Notes: generated by a model from the letters alone, not told the origin. Shown: positions 10,043 to 20,092, counted from the stretch's first letter. The stretch is 64,000 nucleotides of DNA from Acutalibacteraceae bacterium (GCA_963640685.1 CAVIAA010000001.1:2395-66394); one strand, 5' to 3'. Program-made: numbers and translations.

Positions 10043-10816
10043 ATGGAAAATACGTATACGGTTCGCAAGGATGGCATTGCCGGACGGCTGAGGAGCTATG
10101 TGGCAAACAACAGGCATGTATGGCTGCTGCTGTATGTGCCGGCTTATCTTATAGTTTTCTGCCTGCTTCAGGCAAGGACGCTGCCGGAGAGAACGGTGCA
10201 TTTCGCCCTCGATTATCAAATACCCTTCTGCGAGTATTTCATAATACCCTACTGCGCGTGGTATTTCCTGCTCATAGGGGTGGGGCTGTATACCCTGATA
10301 AAGGATAAACAGAGCTTTATAAAGTATATGCTGTTCATGATAATCGGCTATTCTGTCTGCTTGTTTACATACTGGGTATACCCGATAGCGCAGGACCTAA
10401 GGCCGGAGGTATTCCCAAGGGAGAATATATGCACGCAGCTCACCGGGCTCATATACTCAATGGATCCGCCGTTTAACATATTGCCCAGCATGCACGTCGT
10501 GGGCAGCTTTATGTGTGCCGCCGCCGTTGCAAACTGCCCGACTGTGAAGCACATCGGCACAAAAATATGGGTGAGCCTGCTTGCGGCGCTGATATCGATA
10601 TCGACGGTGTTTGTAAAGCAGCACTCAGTGCTGGACACCGCAGCGGCTCTTGCGCTCTGCATAGTGATATTTTTGATACTCTATGTCCCCTGGAAAAGGG
10701 AAGAAAGGGAGCGGCTCTCACCCCTTGCCCGCCGAAGCTGGCGCATAGGCGGTGCGGCAGGGTTTGTGGTCAGCGCCCTGTGCATTAAGCTCGCCGTTGA
10801 AAACCTGCCAGCATAG
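10043..10816 (+). CDS. PAP2_3-like (lipid phosphatase/phosphotransferase superfamily) membrane protein
   Basis: Six TM segments, with PSMHVVGSF and KQHSVLDTAAA motifs resembling the PAP2 C2/C3 motifs. Start is the ATG at 10043 (MENTY) after AAAGAGAGG. Confidence 0.55.
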   Translation: MENTYTVRKDGIAGRLRSYVANNRHVWLLLYVPAYLIVFCLLQARTLPERTVHFALDYQIPFCEYFIIPYCAWYFLLIGVGLYTLIKDKQSFIKYMLFMIIGYSVCLFTYWVYPIAQDLRPEVFPRENICTQLTGLIYSMDPPFNILPSMHVVGSFMCAAAVANCPTVKHIGTKIWVSLLAALISISTVFVKQHSVLDTAAALALCIVIFLILYVPWKREERERLSPLARRSWRIGGAAGFVVSALCIKLAVENLPA

Positions 10817-10859
10817 GGTGTATCATTAGGCGAAAGAAGCAAGGGAAGGACGTTTAGTT

Positions 10860-11774
10860 ATGGTGAAATTCAGCCTCTATCAGCTCGTGTGGATGTTTTT
10901 CGTGTATGCCTTTATGGGCTGGTGCGCGGAGGTGGCCTTCGCGGGGCTGCGCCACGGCAGGTTCGTAAACAGGGGCTTTTTGAATGGGCCTATATGCCCG
11001 ATATACGGCTTTGGCCTCGTTGGGGTGATATATCTTCTTGTTGACCTGAAGGACAGCTTCTGGATATTGTTCTTGGGCTCGATAGTAGTTACGACGGCGC
11101 TGGAGTATGCTACCGGCTGGGTGCTGGAAAAGCTTTTCCACGCAAAGTGGTGGGATTATACAAATAACCGGTTCAATATCCGCGGCTATGTGTGCCTTGA
11201 GTTCTCGCTGATGTGGGGGCTTGCGGCGACCTTTGTGGTTCGAGTGATACACCCGATGGTGATGACCATGATAGACGGCATACCGCACGGCGCGGGCACC
11301 GTAATGGCCTATATAATGCTTGGGCTGACCGCCGTTGACCTCGGCGCAACGCTCGCTGCGATATGCAACATGCAGAAAAAGCTGCGGCTTATTACGGCGG
11401 CAGCAAAGGAAATGCACGAAATATCGGATATCATAGGCGAAAACGTATCCCGTGCCGCGGTTGGCGTGCGCAAGCGCACGGAGGAGGCAAAGGAGCTCTA
11501 CGGCGACCTTATAGAGCTGAGCGCCGCCCACAGGGCGGAGGAAAAGGCGCTCATAGAGAAAAACAGAGAGGAGGAGCGGCAGCTCTTTGAAAGCATACGC
11601 GAAAAGGAGCGGAGCCGCCGGGACGTAAAGGCGGCCATTGCTCAGGCGGACAGGCGGGAAAAGGCCAAGGAGCTGCGCGACAGTCTGCGCAAAAAGAGCT
11701 TCACTTACCGCCGAATTGCAAGGGCGTTCCCCGACCTTGGCCTTGACGATGGGGAAAACGAGAACGATAAATAA
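10860..11774 (+). CDS. Membrane protein of the 'putative ABC-transporter type IV' (PF06541-like) family with a charged coiled-coil tail
   Basis: The N-terminus, LVWMFFVYAFMGWCAEVAFAGLRHGRFVNRGFLNGPICPIYGFG, is characteristic of that family. The C-terminal ~120 aa are E/K/R-rich. Confidence 0.6.
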   Translation: MVKFSLYQLVWMFFVYAFMGWCAEVAFAGLRHGRFVNRGFLNGPICPIYGFGLVGVIYLLVDLKDSFWILFLGSIVVTTALEYATGWVLEKLFHAKWWDYTNNRFNIRGYVCLEFSLMWGLAATFVVRVIHPMVMTMIDGIPHGAGTVMAYIMLGLTAVDLGATLAAICNMQKKLRLITAAAKEMHEISDIIGENVSRAAVGVRKRTEEAKELYGDLIELSAAHRAEEKALIEKNREEERQLFESIREKERSRRDVKAAIAQADRREKAKELRDSLRKKSFTYRRIARAFPDLGLDDGENENDK

Positions 11775-11783
11775 ACACGGTCT

Positions 11784-11814
11784 CGCCGGAAAGAAGGTTT
11801 CCGGCGGATTTTTT
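11784..11814 (+). terminator. Intrinsic terminator
   Basis: CGCCGGAAA-gaagg-TTTCCGGCG followed by a T-run. Confidence 0.8.
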
Positions 11815-11859
11815 ATGTGATATAATCCAGATTAACACGACAAGGAGCGACACTTTTAT

Positions 11860-12450
11860 ATGAATTACGCCTCTCTTATCCTCTATATGCTGATAACCTG
11901 CTTTACGCCGGGGCCCAACAACATAATGTGCATGTATTTAGGTGCAAACGGCGGCCTTAGGGCATCGCGGCGGTTCATGACGGCGAGCATACTTTGCTTT
12001 GCCGCCAAGGCGCTGTTCTGTGGCTTTCTCAACGTTGCACTGGCGGATGTGCTGCCGGGCATTGTGCCGTATCTGAAGTGGCTGGGCGCAGCGTATATGC
12101 TCTACCTTGCGCTGCATATACTTATGGACGGCTTCCGCAAGGGGCAGAAGAGCGGCGAAGCGGGCGGCCGGGAGGCCGGCTACCGGGATGGTGCGCTTAT
12201 GCAGCTGCTCAACATAAAGAGCTGGATGGGCAGCCTCAGCGTGTTTTCGATATACGTTGTGCCGTATACCACGGCCGCAGGGGCGATATTGCTGGTTTCC
12301 GGGATAAATACGCTGCTTATGACCGCAGCGGGGCTGACATGGTGTCTTTTCGGCAGCGCAGTGAGAAGGATATATGCGGAGCACATAAAGATATTCAGTG
12401 TGGTAATGGCGGTATCGCTCGTATGGTGTGCCTATACGGCGCTGGTATAG
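11860..12450 (+). CDS. LysE/RhtB family amino-acid exporter
   Basis: N-terminal TPGPNN motif and a six-TM protein of about 195 aa. Confidence 0.8.
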   Translation: MNYASLILYMLITCFTPGPNNIMCMYLGANGGLRASRRFMTASILCFAAKALFCGFLNVALADVLPGIVPYLKWLGAAYMLYLALHILMDGFRKGQKSGEAGGREAGYRDGALMQLLNIKSWMGSLSVFSIYVVPYTTAAGAILLVSGINTLLMTAAGLTWCLFGSAVRRIYAEHIKIFSVVMAVSLVWCAYTALV

Positions 12451-12478
12451 CCTGCTAAAAAACGGAGGTATGGAAAAG

Positions 12479-13015
12479 ATGAAGGAGCTGCTCGTAGTTG
12501 TAGATTATCAGAACGACTTTGTAAACGGTGCGCTGGGCTTTGAGGGCGCTGAGAAGCTGGATAAGCCCATTGCCGAAAAGATCAAAGAGTATAGAAGCCG
12601 CGGCGGGGATGTGATATTCACGCGGGATACCCACGGCGAAAACTACCTCGACACTCAGGAGGGCAGAAAGCTGCCCGTGCCGCACTGCATTAAGGGAAGC
12701 GAGGGACACGCGCTGTTTGGCGAAACGGCAAAGCAGCTTCTTACGGGGGATATCGTAATAGACAAGCCCTCCTTCGGCAGCCTTGAGCTCGCAAAAACCG
12801 CAATACAGCGTGGCTATGACAGGATAGAGCTGGTCGGCCTCGTTTCGAATGTATGCGTGCTGACTAACGCTGCGGTGCTGAAAACCGCGCTGCCGGAGGC
12901 GGAGATAATCGTTGATGCCGCCTGTACATCGAGCTTTGACCGGAAGCTGAACACCGCCGCTCTGGACTGCATGGAGGGCATACAGATAAACGTCATAAAC
13001 AGAGGGGATAAGTAA
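12479..13015 (+). CDS. Isochorismatase-family cysteine hydrolase (nicotinamidase-like)
   Basis: LLVVVDYQNDF..., TRDTH and the catalytic Cys context LVGLVSNVCV. Start is the ATG at 12479, 10 nt after GGAGG. The ATG at 12470 abuts the RBS. Confidence 0.8.
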   Translation: MKELLVVVDYQNDFVNGALGFEGAEKLDKPIAEKIKEYRSRGGDVIFTRDTHGENYLDTQEGRKLPVPHCIKGSEGHALFGETAKQLLTGDIVIDKPSFGSLELAKTAIQRGYDRIELVGLVSNVCVLTNAAVLKTALPEAEIIVDAACTSSFDRKLNTAALDCMEGIQINVINRGDK

Positions 13016-13017
13016 AA

Positions 13018-14778
13018 ATGGCAGATGGAAGATGGAGCCTGGACGCACTGTATACCGGCTTTGAAAGCGAGGACTTTAAGGCGGATGTAGGGCGGCTCGG
13101 CGAGGTAAACGGCCTGCTTGCGGAGGCAGCACGCCGAACAGATGGCGATACGCCGAGGGACAACCTTCTGGCGATAATACCGCTGCTTGAGGAGCGCAGG
13201 CTGCTCTTTGGCTCATTGTCGGATTACTGCCTGTTCCGCCAGACGATGGACACGGAGGACGGCAAGGCCGCCTCTGCCGCAGGCAGGGTAAATATGCTCG
13301 CGGGGAATGCGGCGAGGGCGCTGTCGGAGATCACCCGCTATATAGCCTCGATAGACGATATCGAAGCTGCGATAGCCGGCGAGCCGCTTCTTGAGGCGTA
13401 CAGAGGTTATCTTCTAAGGGAAAAAGAGAAGGGAAAGCACCTGCTCTCGGGAGACGGCGAGGACGTCGCCGCACTGTATGACGTGAGCGGCGGCAAGGCA
13501 TGGGAGGAGCTGCACTCATACATTACCTCCTGCGCCGCGGCGGAGCTGAACGGCAAAAGCCTCAGCCTGACGGAGCTGAGGAACCTTGCGTACGACCCTG
13601 ACGGCGAGGTGCGCAGGGCGGCGTATGCGGCGGAGCTTTGCAGCTATGAAAGCATAAAGGCTCCCGCGGCCTTTGCGCTAAACAGCATAAAGCTGCAAAG
13701 CATAAGCGAGTGCAGGCTCAGGGGCTTTGAGAGCGTGCTGGATAAGTCGCTGTTTTCGGCGAACATGAAGCGCGGCACGCTGGAGGCACTTTGGGGTGCG
13801 GTCGAAGAATATCTGCCGGCGTTTCACCGCTATTACAGGGCAAAGGCAAGGGCGCTGGGCTATGAAAACGGCCTGCCCTGGCATGAGCTGTTTGCGCCAA
13901 TAGGCAAGAGCACGCGAAGCTTTACCATAGAGCAGGCGAGGGATTATATACTTACGGTATTCTCGAACGTTGATGCAGAGCTTGCAAACACCGCAAGCAG
14001 AGCGTTTGAGGAGGACTGGATAGACGTTTACCCGAGGAAGGGCAAGGTTGGCGGTGCATACTGCGAGCCGGCATTCGGGCGGGGGCAGTTCAGGATACTG
14101 ACAAACTTCGGCGGAACGTTCGGTGACGTCGTCACTCTTGCGCACGAGCTCGGCCACGGCTTCCATGAGATGTTGATAAGGGATAACGCCGTTCTCAACA
14201 GGGATTACTCCATGTCCATCGCCGAGACAGCCTCGACCTTCAACGAAAATCTCGTTACGAGCTATGCGATAGACCGCGCGGAAAACGACGGCGAAAGGCT
14301 GATGCTGCTTGAAAACAGGCTGCAGGACGCGGCACAGATAATATGCGACATATACTCGCGCTATCTCTTTGAAAAGGAGGTATGCGAAAGGAGAAGCGGC
14401 AGCTTTATGCTGCCGGAGGAGCTCTGCGAAATAATGCTCGGCGCGCAGAGCAGGGCGTATGGCTGTGGGCTGGAGCGGTCTACGCTGAACCCGTACATGT
14501 GGGTGTGCAAGAGCCACTATTACAGCTCGTCCCTCGGGTTTTATAATTACCCGTATGCCTTTGGCGGGCTGCTTGCAAGGGGTCTGTATGAAATGTACAG
14601 GCGGGAAGGAAGCGCCTTCCTGCCCAGGTATAAGCGAATGCTCAGGGAAACGCCGATGCTTTCGGTTGAGCAGAGCACAGAGCTCTGCGGCATAGATGTA
14701 TCCGGCCGCGAGTTCTGGCGGGCCTGCCTTGAGACGATAAAACAAGACATCGAGCTGTTTTGTGAGCTCGTGAAATAG
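13018..14778 (+). CDS. pepF: Oligoendopeptidase F family (M3B) metallopeptidase
   Basis: HELGHGFH zinc motif followed by the downstream E (ETASTFNE). Size is 586 aa. Confidence 0.85.
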   Translation: MADGRWSLDALYTGFESEDFKADVGRLGEVNGLLAEAARRTDGDTPRDNLLAIIPLLEERRLLFGSLSDYCLFRQTMDTEDGKAASAAGRVNMLAGNAARALSEITRYIASIDDIEAAIAGEPLLEAYRGYLLREKEKGKHLLSGDGEDVAALYDVSGGKAWEELHSYITSCAAAELNGKSLSLTELRNLAYDPDGEVRRAAYAAELCSYESIKAPAAFALNSIKLQSISECRLRGFESVLDKSLFSANMKRGTLEALWGAVEEYLPAFHRYYRAKARALGYENGLPWHELFAPIGKSTRSFTIEQARDYILTVFSNVDAELANTASRAFEEDWIDVYPRKGKVGGAYCEPAFGRGQFRILTNFGGTFGDVVTLAHELGHGFHEMLIRDNAVLNRDYSMSIAETASTFNENLVTSYAIDRAENDGERLMLLENRLQDAAQIICDIYSRYLFEKEVCERRSGSFMLPEELCEIMLGAQSRAYGCGLERSTLNPYMWVCKSHYYSSSLGFYNYPYAFGGLLARGLYEMYRREGSAFLPRYKRMLRETPMLSVEQSTELCGIDVSGREFWRACLETIKQDIELFCELVK

Positions 14779-14793
14779 AAGGAGGATGAAGAT

Positions 14794-15321
14794 ATGACAA
14801 ATCAGGTGATTGAAGCGCTGAAGGCGCGCCGCAGCATAAGGCAGTACAAGCCGGAGCAGATAAGCGAGGAGGAGCTTTGCGCCGTGCTGGAGGCGGGAGA
14901 ATATGCCCCGAGCGCCATGGGTACCCAGTCCCCGCTTATGGTGGTCGTACAAGATAAAACGCTGCTTTCAAAGCTGGAGCGCATGAACGCGGCCTTTACC
15001 CAGAACCCGGAGGGGAAGCCGTTTTACGGCGCACCCACGGCCGTTATAGTGCTTTTTGACAGCGAGAACAGCAACGGCTTTGCGGACGGCTGCCTTGCCA
15101 TGGGGAATATGCTCAATGCTGCATACAGTGTTGGTCTCGGCTCCTGCTGGGTAAACAGGGCAAAGGAGATGCTTGACACCGCCGAGGGGCGGGAGCTGCT
15201 GAAGGGCTGGGGCGTGCCGGATAAGTACCGCGGGGTAGCCATATGCATACTGGGCTATGCCGCATGCCCCCTGCCGGAGGCAAAGCCGCGCAAGGACGGA
15301 TACGTCATAAGGGCAAAATAA
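14794..15321 (+). CDS. Nitroreductase family protein
   Basis: The ALKARRSIRQYKPEQISEEEL...AGEYAPSAMGTQS pattern is typical of NfnB/FRP-like nitroreductases. Confidence 0.85.
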   Translation: MTNQVIEALKARRSIRQYKPEQISEEELCAVLEAGEYAPSAMGTQSPLMVVVQDKTLLSKLERMNAAFTQNPEGKPFYGAPTAVIVLFDSENSNGFADGCLAMGNMLNAAYSVGLGSCWVNRAKEMLDTAEGRELLKGWGVPDKYRGVAICILGYAACPLPEAKPRKDGYVIRAK

Positions 15322-15347
15322 AAAAGGGGGGGATGCCCCCTTTTTTT
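15321..15347. terminator. Bidirectional intrinsic terminator
   Basis: AAAAAGGGGGGGATGCCCCCTTTTTTT between convergent genes. Confidence 0.8.
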
Positions 15348-15783
15348 ATTCTATCGCAATGAGCTTTGAGCTGCGGACGCCGCGGAGCGCCATAAGCTGC
15401 GCCATTATGTCGTCCGGTGCCATGGTCATGTTGGTCATATCCACCGATACCACGACGTTTGCGTTGCCGTGTATCGGCAGGCTTTGGGTTATGGTGAGTA
15501 TGTTTGCGCCCATTTCGGAGAATTTATTCAGCACCTCGCTGAGCACTCCCTGCTGGTGCGAGAGCATGAACGCGAACACTGCCTTTTTGCAGGCCGTTTC
15601 GTTGCTTGGGGCAAAAATATAGTCCTTGTACTTGTAATATGTGCTGCGGGATATGCCGACGAGCTTGACGGCCTCGCTGACCTCCTTGACCCGCCCTTCG
15701 CGCAGCATATCACGCGCCTGAACCACCTTTTCGTAGTAGTCCGGCAGTATCCGCCTGTCAACGATGAGATAATTGCTCTGCAT
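15346..15783 (-). CDS. ACT domain protein (UPF0735-like) with an N-terminal HTH-like segment
   Basis: N-terminus LIVDRRILPDYYEKVVQARDML...VGISRSTYYKYKDYIF, then an ACT-like beta-alpha-beta-beta-alpha-beta region. It is the last gene of the thrC operon. Confidence 0.7.
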   Translation of the reverse strand: MQSNYLIVDRRILPDYYEKVVQARDMLREGRVKEVSEAVKLVGISRSTYYKYKDYIFAPSNETACKKAVFAFMLSHQQGVLSEVLNKFSEMGANILTITQSLPIHGNANVVVSVDMTNMTMAPDDIMAQLMALRGVRSSKLIAIE

Positions 15784-15792
15784 AAGCTCTCC

Positions 15793-17010
15793 TTAAAAAT
15801 CCAATGATATAAATTTCTTCATAAGGGTGTGCCCCTCCTTTATGTACAGCCCGGTGCTTTCGGCCTCGGATTCACAGTATGAGGAAACGGAGGGAGAGCA
15901 GCACTGCCTGCTGTCATACAGCACAAACGGCACCGGGTCTGAGCTGTGTGTGCGTATTTCGATAGGGGTCGGGTGATCCGGCAGCAGCATCACGGCAAAA
16001 TCCTCGCCGCGCACGCTCAGGCTGTCCATCAGGAAGCCAAGAATATCTCGGTCGATGTGCTCTATTGCCTCTATCTTGCATTCAACGTCGCCCGCGTGGC
16101 CGCTTTCGTCCGGCGCTTCAATGTGTATGTAAACGAGGTCTGTGCCGCTGCTCAGCAGCTCCAACGCCTTGCGCCCCTTTGCGGCGAAGTCAGTACGCTT
16201 TGCTCCCGTTGCCCCGGGCACTGCGGGGACCTCCATGCCGGTGCATATCCCAAGCCCCTTAAGCAGGTCAACGGCGCATACCATGCCGGCATGCACGCCG
16301 TACAGCCGCTCAAACGGCACAAGCTCCGGCCGCGTTCCTTCGCCCCAGAACCAGCAGGAGTTGGCGGGGCGCTCGCCGTTTGCGGCGCGCCGGCGGTTGA
16401 TAGGGTGCTCGCTCAACAGCTCGCTTGAGCGCACCATAAAATCAGACAGCAGCTCGCCATATCTGCCGCCGGGCAGGCGACCCCTGATGGGTATGCCGGT
16501 TATGTCGTGCGGCGGCGTCAGGTCTGTTCCGAGCTCGGCATGGTGTATAACAAGGCAGTGCCGGTAGCTCTTGCCGGCGTGCAGCTCAAGCTGCTCGGTA
16601 TTCATGCACTCGGCAAGGTACTCTATCAGCGCCGCACCCTCCTCGGTCGGTATCTCGCCTGCGGAATAGTCTATCATGGTCCTGTCGAGGTAGCCCGGCT
16701 CATCGGACAGCGTCACTATATTGCAGCGCATCGCGATGTCGTCCGGCGCAAGCTCAATGCCCATGCTGACCGCCTCCAGCGGAGAGCGCCCGCGGTAATA
16801 TATCTTTGGGTCGTAGCCCAGCACTGCTAAGTTGGCAGTATCGGATTGCGGCGGCATACCGTCTGGTACCATACTTGCCATTCCGCAGGCTCCGTGCGCG
16901 GCAATATAGTCCATATGCGGCTTATGTGCCGCTTGAAGCGGCGTTCTGCCCGAAAGCTGCGGCAGCGGCCTGTCCGCCATGCCGTCTCCGAGAACGACTA
17001 TATATTTCAT
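15793..17010 (-). CDS. Cofactor-independent phosphoglycerate mutase (ApgM) family protein; possible alternative homoserine kinase
   Basis: MKYIVVLGDGMADRP N-terminus and metal-binding ...IHIEAPDESGH..., LLPDHPTP motifs. Start is the ATG at 17010. It lies immediately downstream of thrC. Confidence 0.75.
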   Translation of the reverse strand: MKYIVVLGDGMADRPLPQLSGRTPLQAAHKPHMDYIAAHGACGMASMVPDGMPPQSDTANLAVLGYDPKIYYRGRSPLEAVSMGIELAPDDIAMRCNIVTLSDEPGYLDRTMIDYSAGEIPTEEGAALIEYLAECMNTEQLELHAGKSYRHCLVIHHAELGTDLTPPHDITGIPIRGRLPGGRYGELLSDFMVRSSELLSEHPINRRRAANGERPANSCWFWGEGTRPELVPFERLYGVHAGMVCAVDLLKGLGICTGMEVPAVPGATGAKRTDFAAKGRKALELLSSGTDLVYIHIEAPDESGHAGDVECKIEAIEHIDRDILGFLMDSLSVRGEDFAVMLLPDHPTPIEIRTHSSDPVPFVLYDSRQCCSPSVSSYCESEAESTGLYIKEGHTLMKKFISLDF

Positions 17011-17037
17011 AATCAAAGTGCCTTTCGTGAATAGTGA

Positions 17038-18522
17038 TTATTTTACAAAACCGGCGGATATAAAGCGCTTCATCTCCGAGGGAGCTATGCAGCCGGTAAA
17101 GCGCTCGTTTGCCCCATTAAGGCCGGAAAGCCCTGCCGGCGGGGTAAGGCCGGATATACCTGCAAGCCTGTCTATGAGCTCAAATTCGCCGCCTGAGGCG
17201 TTTGAACCGAGCGCCTTGAGCACACTGCCGGGGAACTTAAACGGGCTTGCGGTGGAAGCTATGAGCGCAGGGGTGGTGTCGCCGGTGCCGCGGCGGTACT
17301 TGTCGTATACCGATAACGCAACGGCGGTGTGCGGGTCTGCCAGGTAGCCGCAGTCGTCGAATACCCGCTTAATGGTGCACGAGGCTGCGCAGTCGTCCGC
17401 AAAGCCGGCGGAAAACTCCGCAGCTATCGCTTCGCGCAGCTCGCGGCTGACGGAGTATCGCCCCTCGGCTGCAAGGGAGGACATATACCCCTTTACCTCA
17501 ATGTCGTTACTGCCGGAGAGCAGGTACAGCAGCCTTTCAAGGTTTGAGGATACGAGTATATCCATAGACGGCGATGTGGTCAGGTAAAACGGCCGGTTAC
17601 GGTCGTATACGCCGGTATTTATGAAATCCGTGAGCACATTGTTTTTATTTGAGGCGCAGATAAAGCGCTTTACCGGCAGACCGCACAGCTTTGCTATGTA
17701 TGCAGCAAGTATATTGCCGAAGTTGCCCGTCGGTACCGCAATGTTTATGCTCTTGCCCGCAGATATGCTGCCGGAGGAGATCATGTTGCAGTATGCGGAG
17801 AAGTAGTACGCCACCTGCGGCGCAAGCCTGCCCCAGTTTATGGAGTTTGCGGAGGAGAGGCGTATGCCGGCCTTTTTAAGCTCCGCCGCATAGGCGCGGT
17901 CGGTAAATATCGCCTTAACGCCGGACTGCGCATCGTCAAAGCTGCCGCGAACCGCCGTTACGGATACGTTGGAGCCGCGCTGGGTGGTCATTTGCAGCCG
18001 CTGTATCTCGCTGGTTCCGCCGTATGGGTAAAACACGCATATGCCGGTGCCCGGGACATCTGCAAAGCCCTCAAGCGCCGCCTTGCCGGTGTCGCCGGAG
18101 GTTGCGGTAAGTATCACTATTTTGTCGTTAACGCCCTGCTTTTTTGCGGATGCGGTGAGCAGGTACGGCAGAATTTGCAGCGCAAAGTCCTTAAAGGCGG
18201 AGGTCGGCCCGTGGAAAAGCTCAAGCACGCTTGCTTCGCCGACGCTCACGACAGGCGCCGCGGTCTGGCCGAAGTGCGCCGCGGAATACGCCGCCTCGGT
18301 ATATTCTTTAAGCTCCTCCGCCGTAAAATCGGAAAGGAACAGGCCGAGTATTTTAGCTGCCCGCTCGGGGTAGCTCATGTGCTGCATGGCCTGTATATCG
18401 GCGATCGTCAGCCTTGGGAAGTCTTCCGGCAGATACAGCCCTCCGTTCGGCGAAATGCCGGATAATATCGCCTCAGATGCGGATATGCTTATTTTCTTGT
18501 CTCTGGTACAGGTATAATTCAT
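17038..18522 (-). CDS. thrC: Threonine synthase (long form)
   Basis: PLP-lysine motif FHGPTSAFKDFALQ. Size is 494 aa. Confidence 0.92.
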   Translation of the reverse strand: MNYTCTRDKKISISASEAILSGISPNGGLYLPEDFPRLTIADIQAMQHMSYPERAAKILGLFLSDFTAEELKEYTEAAYSAAHFGQTAAPVVSVGEASVLELFHGPTSAFKDFALQILPYLLTASAKKQGVNDKIVILTATSGDTGKAALEGFADVPGTGICVFYPYGGTSEIQRLQMTTQRGSNVSVTAVRGSFDDAQSGVKAIFTDRAYAAELKKAGIRLSSANSINWGRLAPQVAYYFSAYCNMISSGSISAGKSINIAVPTGNFGNILAAYIAKLCGLPVKRFICASNKNNVLTDFINTGVYDRNRPFYLTTSPSMDILVSSNLERLLYLLSGSNDIEVKGYMSSLAAEGRYSVSRELREAIAAEFSAGFADDCAASCTIKRVFDDCGYLADPHTAVALSVYDKYRRGTGDTTPALIASTASPFKFPGSVLKALGSNASGGEFELIDRLAGISGLTPPAGLSGLNGANERFTGCIAPSEMKRFISAGFVK

Positions 18523-18563
18523 ATTATTCCCTCCACTGTCCCCATGCGGGCAAAATCAAGGAT

Positions 18564-18592
18564 ATTATAAACTGTGTACAGAATAAATACAA
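18564..18592 (-). promoter_or_regulatory. Candidate promoter of the thrC operon
   Basis: Minus strand: TTGTAT, 17-nt spacer, TATAAT. Confidence 0.5.
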
Positions 18593-18644
18593 GTGTTTTT
18601 GCAGCAGCGACAAAAACGCGGCGCTCCGGCGGCGCTGTTGGCGG

Positions 18645-18673
18645 TTGAAAGAAGACACGGCAGAGGGTATAAT
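18645..18673 (+). promoter_or_regulatory. Candidate promoter of the GT4 gene
   Basis: TTGAAA, 17-nt spacer, TATAAT. It ends about 30 nt before the RBS GGAGGA. Confidence 0.55.
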
Positions 18674-18703
18674 TATAAAAAAATACAAGCGAATGGAGGA
18701 AAT

Positions 18704-20086
18704 ATGAGTAAGGATATAAACGTATGCCTGCTTAACGATTCCTTTCCGCCGGTAATAGACGGCGTTGCCAACGCCGTTGTGAATTATGGCGAGATAATCG
18801 CCGAAAAGGGCCTTGGAAAGGCTACCGTGGTTACGCCGGATTACCCGGGAGCGGAGGATAACTACCCCTTTGAGGTGGTGCGTTACCCCAGCCTCGGCAC
18901 AGAGCAGCTCATCGGCTACCGCGCCGGGCTGCCCTTTGATGCAAAGATATTCGGCAGGCTGGAGAAGGCGGGGTTCAACATAATACATACCCACTGCCCG
19001 GTGGTATCGACACTTATTGCAAGGACGCTCCGGGAAAAGCTGGATGTGCCGGTAGTATTCACCTACCATACCAAGTTTGATATTAACATCTCCGATATGG
19101 TGCGCTCCAAGCTGGTTCAGGAGGCGGCGCTCAAGAACCTCTGCGCCAATATACAGTCCTGTGACGAGGTGTGGGTCGTCAGCCGCGGCGCGGGGGAAAA
19201 CCTGCGCGGCATAGGCTACGAGGGGGATTATATAGTGATGGAGAACGGCGTAGACTTCCCAAAGGGCAGCGCGCCGGAGGCTGAGGCTGCTGAAATACGG
19301 GCAAAATACGGCATAGGCGCGGAGGAAACGGTGTTCATGTACGTCGGCCGTATGATGTGGTACAAGGGCATACGCATAACGCTGGACGGGCTAAAAAGGG
19401 CGGCGGAGCGCAGCTGTGCGTTCAAAATGATATTCGTTGGCGACGGGGCGGACAGGCCGCAGATGGAGCAATATGCCGCCGAGCTTGGGCTGGATAAGCA
19501 GTGCATATTTGCCGGAGCAATTCGGGACCGCGAGCTGCTCAGAAGGTACTTTTCGGCTGCCGATATGTTCCTCTTCCCATCGACCTTTGACACAAACGGC
19601 ATAGTCGTTCGTGAGGCGGCGGCCTGCGCATTGCCCAGCGTGCTTGTAAAGGGGAGCTGCGCTGCGGAGGGGACGGAGCACTTGAAAAACGCCTATCTTA
19701 TAGACGAAAACTCCGAGGCAATGGCTGAGGCCGTGGGCTTCGCCTGCCGCGAGCGAGAGGCTGTTAAGAACATGGGCAGCGCCGCGATGAACGACCTGTA
19801 TATATCCTGGGAGGAGAGCGTTCGCCGCGCGGTTGATCGCTACGGCATCGTTATCGACAATTACAAGCGCGGCAGCACCGAGCGGGATAAGCTGTGGACA
19901 GATCGCTTCTTTGCCGCGATGGCAGAGCTGCAGACGAGAATGAACGCGGCATATGAGCGGCGGATAGACCTTGGGAAAAGGGGAAGGGAGATATACGGCC
20001 GAGCGGAGGAAATGAGCCGCGAGGCCAGAGAAAAGAGCAGGGAGCTTTACGACAAAGCCTGGGAACGGCTGGAAAGGTATCTGTAA
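18704..20086 (+). CDS. Glycosyltransferase family 4 protein
   Basis: N-terminus VCLLNDSFPPVIDGVAN, and the C-terminal GT-B motif region FLFPSTFDTNGIVVREAAACALPSV (E-x7-E type). Start is the ATG at 18704 after GGAGGA. Confidence 0.8.
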   Translation: MSKDINVCLLNDSFPPVIDGVANAVVNYGEIIAEKGLGKATVVTPDYPGAEDNYPFEVVRYPSLGTEQLIGYRAGLPFDAKIFGRLEKAGFNIIHTHCPVVSTLIARTLREKLDVPVVFTYHTKFDINISDMVRSKLVQEAALKNLCANIQSCDEVWVVSRGAGENLRGIGYEGDYIVMENGVDFPKGSAPEAEAAEIRAKYGIGAEETVFMYVGRMMWYKGIRITLDGLKRAAERSCAFKMIFVGDGADRPQMEQYAAELGLDKQCIFAGAIRDRELLRRYFSAADMFLFPSTFDTNGIVVREAAACALPSVLVKGSCAAEGTEHLKNAYLIDENSEAMAEAVGFACREREAVKNMGSAAMNDLYISWEESVRRAVDRYGIVIDNYKRGSTERDKLWTDRFFAAMAELQTRMNAAYERRIDLGKRGREIYGRAEEMSREAREKSRELYDKAWERLERYL

Positions 20087-20092
20087 AGGGTC

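Noticed and set aside
13678-14952. 424-aa minus-strand ORF.
   Set aside because: It is antisense to pepF and the nitroreductase gene, with an Arg/Ala/Tyr-rich low-information sequence. It is a shadow ORF.
18618-18636. Direct repeat GCGGCGCT-ccg-GCGGCGCT between the divergent thrC and GT4 promoters.
   Set aside because: It is short and GC-rich, so it is plausibly chance. No matching copy was seen elsewhere in the window.
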